DNA of 64,000 bases, from positions 4,311,069 to 4,375,068 of the forward strand of contig CAWDFN010000001.1 in NCBI GenBank assembly GCA_963801675.1, in the 5' to 3' direction. The stretch's first letter is position 1; every line of letters starts with the position of its first letter. Origin of the DNA: an uncultured Planctomycetia bacterium (GTDB lineage Bacteria > Planctomycetota > Planctomycetia > Pirellulales > PALSA-1355). Positions 57,224 to 64,000 of the stretch are shown here, in pieces. The notes under the pieces are model-generated. The model was not told the origin of the DNA. It was given only the letters and a program-made list of their open reading frames with translations, and searched no databases. The position numbers and the translations under genes were made by a program.

Positions 57224-58528
57224 CTACTTCGCCGTCTCCGGCGGGAACTTGCCGAGCATGGTGTAGAGGTTGACCAGGGCCTGGTTCATCATGACTTCGC
57301 CGGCGCCGACCTGGACGGGCGAAACGGTGGGATCGCCGCCGTAGCCCCCTTCGGAAGCCGCTTCGATGGTCGGGAAGTACATGTCGTGACCGTTGCAATA
57401 GCCGAAGAACAACGTGTTGTTCAAGTAGGCACGTTGTTTCAGACGGTTCGAGTGATTGCAAAAGAACTCGCCCGATCCGCCGACCAGCGCCAGGTTGCCA
57501 TTGAGCAGAATGGTGGTCAACTCGGGCTGAATGCCGTCTTTATATTCGGCCATGAAGTTGGCGACCAGCTCGGGAAAGAAGGCCCGACTGAAAGCGATGG
57601 TCACGGCCGGATTGGAAAAGTCGACGCGGCTGCTGAACGTGAACTTATTGACCTTGGCCTGGATCGAGGGTTTGGGAGGAACCTGAGTTTCGATCGACTG
57701 CGCCAAGGCGATCACGTGATCGCCGAGCGCTTCGCCATAGCCCTTGGTGTCGAGGTTGCCGCGATTGGGGCTCATGTCGCCGGCGGCGCCCTGCATGAAG
57801 ACGCAGTTGGTGTTCATCGCCGATTCGACGCGGCTTTGCAGCGCGCCGGGATAGTCGGGCGAGAATTTGAGCACCTCGCCTTCCAGCGTCACCGGATGGG
57901 CCGCGTAATTGACCAGAATTGCCAACGGCTTGCCGTCGGCCGAATCGAAGCGGATCACCGCCAGCATCGGATCGATCGGCTTGACGGGCTGCTTGGTGTG
58001 CCGATTTCGGTTCAGTTCGAGGTCCTTCTTCGCGACGCCCATCTTGGCCGGCTGGGCGTTGTTCTTGGCTTCGACAATGGCCTCGATCAGCAACTCGGGC
58101 AGGCGCTTGCTATAGGCAACGGCGTCGTCGAACTTGCCCTTGCCGAAACCATCGCGATCGGTCAGTTCGATCACCGGGCCGTGGTGCGAATGGCTGCCGC
58201 TGATCATGACGGTTTGCACGCCCGCTTTTTCGCCGACTTCCTTGCGAATCTGCTCCATCATGGCTCGTGTTGGACCGCGGCCGATATCGAGACCGACGAT
58301 CGCCAGCCGATCGTTGCCCGTTTCAATCACCACGGCTTTAGCCATCAGCGGATCCAAGACGCCTTGCGACAGCAGCGCGTGCCGCGCTCCGTAGCCCCAC
58401 ATGGGCGTGGGAGCCGGTGGCGTGATGTCGCGTTTGGCGAAACCCACCTTGAAGCTGGCCGGCTCGTCGGCGGTCGCAATCGTTCCACAAAGCAAGCACA
58501 GGCCGAGGAGGATCAGGAACCGCTTCAT
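57224..58528 (-). CDS. Secreted neutral/alkaline ceramidase-like amidohydrolase
   Basis: Intact ORF. MKRFLILLGLCLLCGTIATA; GFAKRDITPPAPTPMWGYG; MISGSHSHHGP; LVNYAAHPV; FMQGAAGDMSP. The family call is from motif memory. Confidence 0.7.
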   Translation of the reverse strand: MKRFLILLGLCLLCGTIATADEPASFKVGFAKRDITPPAPTPMWGYGARHALLSQGVLDPLMAKAVVIETGNDRLAIVGLDIGRGPTRAMMEQIRKEVGEKAGVQTVMISGSHSHHGPVIELTDRDGFGKGKFDDAVAYSKRLPELLIEAIVEAKNNAQPAKMGVAKKDLELNRNRHTKQPVKPIDPMLAVIRFDSADGKPLAILVNYAAHPVTLEGEVLKFSPDYPGALQSRVESAMNTNCVFMQGAAGDMSPNRGNLDTKGYGEALGDHVIALAQSIETQVPPKPSIQAKVNKFTFSSRVDFSNPAVTIAFSRAFFPELVANFMAEYKDGIQPELTTILLNGNLALVGGSGEFFCNHSNRLKQRAYLNNTLFFGYCNGHDMYFPTIEAASEGGYGGDPTVSPVQVGAGEVMMNQALVNLYTMLGKFPPETAK

Positions 58529-58791
58529 CGGTGGTCACCTTAAAATAGAGAGGAGGCCGCGATCGGACGCAGCCGTCGATTCAGCTTCACATTTGCCTAA
58601 CATAGTTGTCCCGCGGCGCGTTGTAAACGCGCCATCCGTCCCAGGCCAATCGGGAGCCCTTCGGTCGCAAAAACATACGCCTCGGCGGCGCCCATTGCAT
58701 CCGGCCTCGGCCACCCGTAAGCTCAAGCATCCGTGATCGGTATCGGGGTACCGACTGTGGCCCGTGCCGTGGTCGTTGGCGCTCGCTGAGG

Positions 58792-60764
58792 GTGGAAGCC
58801 ATGAAACGCTGTTGCTTTGCGTGCGCTGTCTGGATGTGGAGTGCGGCAGGGCTGTTCGGTCAAGGTGCCGACGTGCTGGCACCCGGGGAAAACCTGGTTG
58901 TCCAGGGCCTGCCGCCGATTCCCGCCGAGCTGGCCGAGAAGGCCCGCCGCTACACCGAGTATCGCTCGGCCGACCTGTGGGACTGGCACCCCACGCGGCG
59001 CGAGATCCTGATCGGCACCCGTTTCGCCGACACCGTCCAAGTGCATCATGTCGCCACTCCGCTGGGGGACCGCCGGCAGATCACGTTCTTTCCCGACCGG
59101 GTGATGTCCGCCTCGTACCACCCGCATCGGGGCGACTACTTCATTTTCAGCAAGGACGCTGGCGGCAACGAATTCTTTCAAAGCTATCGCTTCGATTCGG
59201 CGTCGGGCGATTCGCGTTTGATTACCGACGGCAAGTCGAGAAACACCGGGGCCGCCTGGAGTCGCGCGGGCGACCGCATTGCCTACGGCTCGACGCGGCG
59301 CAACAAGAGCGACGTCGATTTCTACGTGGTCGACCCGGCCAGGCCCGAGAGCGACAAGCTCCTCGCGCAAAACGCCGGCGGCGGCTGGAGCGTGGTTGAT
59401 TGGTCGAGCGACGACAAGCAACTGCTGGCTTCCGAGTACGTTTCGATCAACGAGGCGTACATCTGGCTGGTGGATGCGGCCAGCGGCGAAAAGAAACTCG
59501 TCACGCCCAAGGGGAGCGCGGAAAAGATTGCCTATCATCCGATCGCCTTTGGCAACGACGGCAAGGGAATCTACGTGCTGAGCGATCGCGACTCGGAATT
59601 CATGCGGCTGGCGTATCTCGAATTGAAATCGGCCCAGCAAACGGTCCTGTCCGGCGACATTCCGTGGGACGTCGAGTTGGCGCGGCTGTCGTTGGACGGC
59701 AAGCATCTGGCGTTCGTCACGAATGAAAACGGATTCAGCCGCCTGCACGTGCTCGACACGGCGACGCAACGGCTGCTGTCCGAGCTTCCCGAGCTGCCTT
59801 CCGGCGTGATCAGCCACGTGCAATGGCACGAGAACAACCACGAGCTGGGCCTGTCGATCAGTTCGGCTCGTTCGCCGTCGGACGTTTATTCGCTCGACGT
59901 CACGGGCGGCGGCGTCGCGCGTTGGACAGCCAGCGAAACCGGCGGCTTGAATCCCGAGAGTTTCGTCGAGCCCAAGCTGATCGCCTGGAAGACATTCGAC
60001 GGGCGCGAGATCTCGGGCTTTCTTTACAGCCCGCCGGCGCAATTTCAGGGCAAGCGTCCGGTGATCGTCAACATTCATGGCGGACCCGAGGGGCAATCGC
60101 GGCCGGGTTTCCTGGCCCGCAATAATTTTTACGTCAATGAGCTGGGCATCGCGGTGATCTTTCCCAACATTCGCGGTTCGAGCGGCTATGGAAAATCGTT
60201 CTTGAAGCTCGACAACGGATTCTTACGGGCCGATTCGTACAAGGACGTCGGTGCGCTGTTCGACTGGCTCAAAACGCGCGACGATTTGGACGCCGTACTC
60301 GAGTGATGGTGACCGGCGGCAGTTATGGCGGGCACATGACGCTGGCGGTGGCCACGCTGTACAACGATCGGATTCGCTGCTCGCTCGACGTGGTGGGCAT
60401 CTCGAACCTGGTTACGTTTTTGGAGCGCACCGAGGGCTATCGCCGCGATTTGCGGCGCGTGGAGTATGGCGACGAGCGCGACCCGAAGATGCGGGCCTAT
60501 TTGGAAAAGATCGCGCCTATCAACCACGTTGCCGACATCAAGAGACCGCTGTTCGTGGTGCAAGGCATGAACGATCCGCGCGTGCCGCTGAGCGAGTCGG
60601 AGCAGATCATCGAGACGGTGCGCAAGAACAACACGCCCGTCTGGTACTTGATGGCCAAGGACGAGGGGCACGGCTTTGCCAAGAAGAAGAACGCCGATTT
60701 TCAGTTCTACGCCACAATCGAGTTTGTGCGGAAGTACTTGCTGGATGAAAGTGTATCGCCGTAG
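58792..60764 (+). CDS. S9-family prolyl oligopeptidase/dipeptidyl peptidase with an N-terminal beta-propeller; 1 frameshift near 60300
   Basis: ORFs 58792..60306 and 60303..60764 join: ...VNIHGGPEGQSRPGF...FPNIRGSSGYGKSF... / VTGGSYGGHMT (GxSxGG), VVQGMNDPRVP, AKDEGHGF. Confidence 0.85.
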
Positions 60765-60827
60765 GCTGCGGCAAGAGCGCGGCATCATCGGAAAAGAAAT
60801 ATCCCCGTTGGCCAAGAACCCAAGAGG

Positions 60828-62168
60828 GTGATCATGTCGACAGCAGATCGCAGAGAATTCTTCAAGCAAGCAGGGCAGGGCGCCGCGGCGGCGGCCACGG
60901 CGCTAGCGATATCCGGTGCGGCGCATGCGCGCGGTGCCAACGAGCAACTGGTGGTCGGGGTGATTGGTCCCGGCGGCATGGGAAGCCATCACGTCGATCT
61001 GTTGGCCAAGAACAAGCAAGTGCGGCTGGCGTACGTGTGCGACGTCGACGAGACCCGATTGGCCGCCGCGGCTGCTACGACCGAAAAGCTCAGCGGCAGC
61101 AAGCCGCAAGCGGTCAAGGACCTGCGCCGCGTCCTCGACGACAAGAGCGTCGATGCGGTATGGATTGCCACGCCCGACCACTGGCACGGGCCGGCCACGA
61201 TCCTGGCCTGCGACGCCGGCAAGCACGTGTACGTCGAAAAGCCGTGCGCGCACAACATCCGCGAAGGCCGGCTGATGATCGAAGCGGCCGAGCGCAACAA
61301 GAAAGTCGTGCAGGTCGGCACGCAAAGCCGCAGCACGGCGCACGTGCGCCAGGCGATCGAGCGGCTGCGCGCAGGGCGCGATCGGCCAGGTGCTGGTCTC
61401 CAAGGCCTGGAACAGCCAGCGGCGCAAGCTCGATCGGCCATGCCAAGCCGAGCGACCCGCCGGCCACGCTCGACTACGACCTGTGGATCGGCCCCGCGCC
61501 GATGGTGCCGTATCAGAGCAACATGCTGCCGGGCATTTGGCGATGGTGGTACAATTTCGGCGCCGGCGACATGGGCAACGACGGCGTGCACGACATCGAC
61601 CTGGCCTGCTGGGGGCTGGGCGTCGATACGCATCCCAACTCGGTCGCGGCCCTGGGCGGCAAGTATTTTTTCGACGACGACCAGCAGTTTCCCGACACGC
61701 AATACGTGGTGTTCGAGTATGCCGGCGACGGAAGCGTGGGCCAGAAGCGGCAGTTGATCTTCGAGCAGCGAATCTGGTCGCCCTACGTTCAGGAAGGTTT
61801 CGAGAACGGCAACGCGTTCTACGGCACCGAGGGGATGATGATCCTGGCCAAGAGCGGCGGCTTCAAGATTTTCGGACCGCGCAACAAATTGATCGAAGAG
61901 GTCAGCCAGGGCACGCCCGACTTGCCGGCCCATCATGAAAACTTCATGCAGTGCGTCAGGAATGGCGGTCAGCCGAATGCCGACGATCGCCATCAACCAC
62001 TTCTCGAGCGCGCTGTGCCACCTGGGCAACATCGCGACGCGCGTCGACGGGCCGATCCATTTCGATCCGAAAAAGGAGGAGATCATCGGCAACGCCGAAG
62101 CGGCCAAACTCGTCCGCCGCCAATATCGCGAGGGTCATTGGGCCGTGCCGCGCGGCGTGCAAGCGTAG
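60828..62168 (+). CDS. Tat-signal Gfo/Idh/MocA-family oxidoreductase; about 4 frameshifts as sequenced
   Basis: MSTADRREFFKQAGQGAAAAATALAISGAAHA; LVVGVIGPGGMGSHH; VDAVWIATPDHWH; KHVYVEKPCAHN; LDYDLWIGPAP...RWWYNFGAGDMGNDGVHDIDLACWGLGV; C-terminus HFSSALCHLGNIATRVDGPIHFDPKKEEIIGNAEAAKLVRRQYREGHW. Breaks lie between about 61380 and 61990. Confidence 0.8.
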
Positions 62169-62219
62169 CGGCGGGCGATTATGATTGATGGTGCGTGAAG
62201 GGAGCCGCCCTTTGATTGG

Positions 62220-62238
62220 CACTGGCAAGATGCCAGTG
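62220..62238 (+). terminator. Stem-loop terminator candidate
   Basis: CACTGGC-aagat-GCCAGTG is a 7-bp perfect stem. A T-rich tract (ttttcttgtt, 62251-62260) lies 12 nt downstream, after the oxidoreductase stop. Confidence 0.45.
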
Positions 62239-62272
62239 GCACCTGGTGTATTTTCTTGTTGAGGTCTTTTGA

Positions 62273-63370
62273 ATGCCAACGGCTCGATTTCTTCCGACGA
62301 CAGCGGGCGGTCGTTTCCGTTTCATGGCCCCGCTGTGGGCCCTGGCGATTCTATTGGCGGCGTGGCACTCGCTGGCGTCGACGGTCGCGGCGGCGGGCGT
62401 TGCCGAGTATGTGATTCAGGTCAGCGTCGACGGCATGGGTTCGAGCTACTTGCAGGCGCTAATCGACGAAGGCCAGGTGCCGACATTCAAAAGGTTTCAG
62501 GACGAGGGGGCCTGGACCCATAACGCGCGCACTGACTTTGACTACACGGTCACGTTGCCCAATCACACCTGCATGGTCACCGGCCGGCCGGTGAAGGACA
62601 AAGCGGCCAGCCCCGCGGCCATCGCGGGGCACAATTGGACGATCAACACCGACCCAGGCGATAAGACAATCCATGGGCAGCGGCACGATTACGTGAAGAG
62701 CACGTTTGACGTGGTTCACGATCATGGGTTGCGCACGTCGCTGTTTCCGACCAAGAGCAAATTCCGAGTCTACGACCAATCCTACGATGCCACCCATGGG
62801 GCGCCCGACACGACCGGCGCGGACAACGGCCGCGGAAAGATTGATCTGTACGTCAAAGAGGGCAACACCGGGAAAATGACCGACCGGTTCATCGAGGAGA
62901 TGAAGGCCAATCCGTTCCACTACACCTTCATGCATTTCCACGACACCGACTCGGCCGGTCATGCCAAGAAATGGGGCAGCCCGGAATACAACGCCGCGCT
63001 CAAGGCCATCGACGGGCACTTGGGTCGCATCGTCGAACTGGTCACCAGCGACGAACGATTCAAAGGCAAGACGGCGATCATTATTTCGGCCGACCACGGC
63101 GGCACGGGTTTGGATCACGGCTTCAACACGAATCCGATCAACTACACGATTCCGTTTTACGTATGGGGCGCGGGCGTCTCGCACGGCGATCTTTACGCGC
63201 TGAACTCGGCGACGCGGCTCGATCCGAAAACCGGCCGGCCCGACTATTCCGATCCCGGCTTGCAGCCGATTCGCAACGGCGACAGCGGCAACCTGGCCCT
63301 GAAATTGCTGGGCCTGCCCGCCATTCCCGACTCGTCGATCAATGCCTTGCAGGATCTCAGCGTGCACTGA
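62273..63370 (+). CDS. Secreted alkaline-phosphatase-superfamily enzyme (type I phosphodiesterase/nucleotide pyrophosphatase-like)
   Basis: Intact ORF with VSVDGMGSSY, TLPNHTCMVTG (Thr nucleophile context), FMHFHDTDSAGHAKKWGS and IISADHGG. Confidence 0.8.
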   Translation: MPTARFLPTTAGGRFRFMAPLWALAILLAAWHSLASTVAAAGVAEYVIQVSVDGMGSSYLQALIDEGQVPTFKRFQDEGAWTHNARTDFDYTVTLPNHTCMVTGRPVKDKAASPAAIAGHNWTINTDPGDKTIHGQRHDYVKSTFDVVHDHGLRTSLFPTKSKFRVYDQSYDATHGAPDTTGADNGRGKIDLYVKEGNTGKMTDRFIEEMKANPFHYTFMHFHDTDSAGHAKKWGSPEYNAALKAIDGHLGRIVELVTSDERFKGKTAIIISADHGGTGLDHGFNTNPINYTIPFYVWGAGVSHGDLYALNSATRLDPKTGRPDYSDPGLQPIRNGDSGNLALKLLGLPAIPDSSINALQDLSVH

Positions 63371-63384
63371 GAGTTGCTTTCCGC

Positions 63385-64000
63385 ATGAAATACCTACCCA
63401 TTGCTTTCGCCGCATCGTGCATGTTCGCCGCGCTGGCAATCGCCGCCGACGTGGCCTCGGCCCAGACGAGCTACTTTCGTCTCGACAACGGCCTGGCCGC
63501 CGCCGACGGGAAACCGCTGCCGGGCGAACTCGACGACGAGCACCTGGTTTGGAAGGAGCCGTTACCGCAGGGGCATTCGACGCCAACGATCGTGGGCGAG
63601 CGTATTTTTCTCACTGGCCATGACGCGGCCGAATTGACCACGATCTGCCTGGATCGCGCCAGCGGCAGGCTGCTTTGGAAGCACAGCATCCACGTGGAAC
63701 AGATGGAGAAAGTGCACGGCGAGGGAAGCCCGGCGGCGTCCACGCCCGCCTGTGACGGCAAACGGGTGTATTCGTTTTTTGGCAGCTTCGGCCTGCTTTG
63801 CTTCGACGTGGACGGCAAGCCGCTGTGGTCGAAACGGATGGGGCCGTTCCGCGATGAGTTCGGTTCTTCCAGCTCGCCGATCCTGGTCGACGACAAAGTG
63901 ATCTTGTGTGAAGACCACGATCTGGACAGTTTTCTGATCGCCGTTCGGCAGGACAACGGCGAAACGGCCTGGCAGACCCGCGCGAGGGATCGACGCGCAG
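63385..64000 (+). CDS. Secreted PQQ-like beta-propeller repeat protein, 3'-partial (runs off the window)
   Basis: Own translation from ATG at 63385: MKYLPIAFAASCMFAALAIAADVASA...HLVWKEPLPQGHSTPTIVGERIFLTGH...SGRLLWKHSI...ASTPACDGKRVYSFFGSFGLLCFDVDGKPLWSKRMGPF...SSSSPILVDDKVILCEDHD...DNGETAWQT. It is not in the ORF track because no stop lies in the window. Confidence 0.7.
   Translation, partial: MKYLPIAFAASCMFAALAIAADVASAQTSYFRLDNGLAAADGKPLPGELDDEHLVWKEPLPQGHSTPTIVGERIFLTGHDAAELTTICLDRASGRLLWKHSIHVEQMEKVHGEGSPAASTPACDGKRVYSFFGSFGLLCFDVDGKPLWSKRMGPFRDEFGSSSSPILVDDKVILCEDHDLDSFLIAVRQDNGETAWQTRARDRRA

Noticed and set aside
58615-58634. Perfect hairpin GGCGCGTT-gtaa-AACGCGCC in the divergent region between the ceramidase-like and S9 peptidase genes as a regulatory RNA element.
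   Set aside because: It is real as a palindrome. There is only a single occurrence, no flanking promoter or terminator context I can support, and no conservation evidence. It is noted only.
62214-62250. Two TGGCAC motifs (TTGGCACTGGCAAGATGCC and GTGGCACCTGGTGTATT) as sigma-54 promoters for the phosphodiesterase gene.
   Set aside because: Neither has a GC dinucleotide at the required -12 distance. The first is better explained as the CACTGGC/GCCAGTG terminator hairpin.

Overview
GC-rich (by eye about two-thirds G+C) chromosomal segment. The gene repertoire points to a Planctomycetota (Pirellulales-like) genome: DUF1501 and PSCyt-DUF1549-DUF1553 genes, a giant PVC-type haem-binding protein, a PEP-CTERM protein and a PVM-type microcompartment operon. 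Positions 1-6518 (minus strand) hold a Planctomycetes-Verrucomicrobia-type bacterial microcompartment (BMC) operon: DeoR regulator, PduL, two BMC-H, acetate kinase, three BMC-P, acylating aldehyde dehydrogenase and an RpiB-like protein. Downstream, in order: a GNAT gene; purN-ileS; a small AT-richer islet with parDE; a ~1655-aa multidomain secreted redox/hydrolase protein; a PEP-CTERM protein with a ~770-bp non-coding leader; a PSCyt-DUF1553/DUF1501/FIST operon; an AMP-ligase / luciferase-like monooxygenase / Nramp-like transporter / amidohydrolase cluster; sugar-acid-type dehydrogenase and dehydratase genes; many secreted beta-propeller and hydrolase genes; one IS701/IS4-like insertion sequence; and a TetR-centred redoxin module. 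Two sequence-level observations stand out. (1) Four copies of a ~125-nt nested-palindrome intergenic element have conserved arms and a divergent core. (2) Many genes, including essential ileS, are interrupted by single-base indels in a strikingly patchy pattern. This is best explained by assembly or polishing errors, so the coordinates of stitched genes are approximate. I recognised no rRNA, tRNA or CRISPR array.
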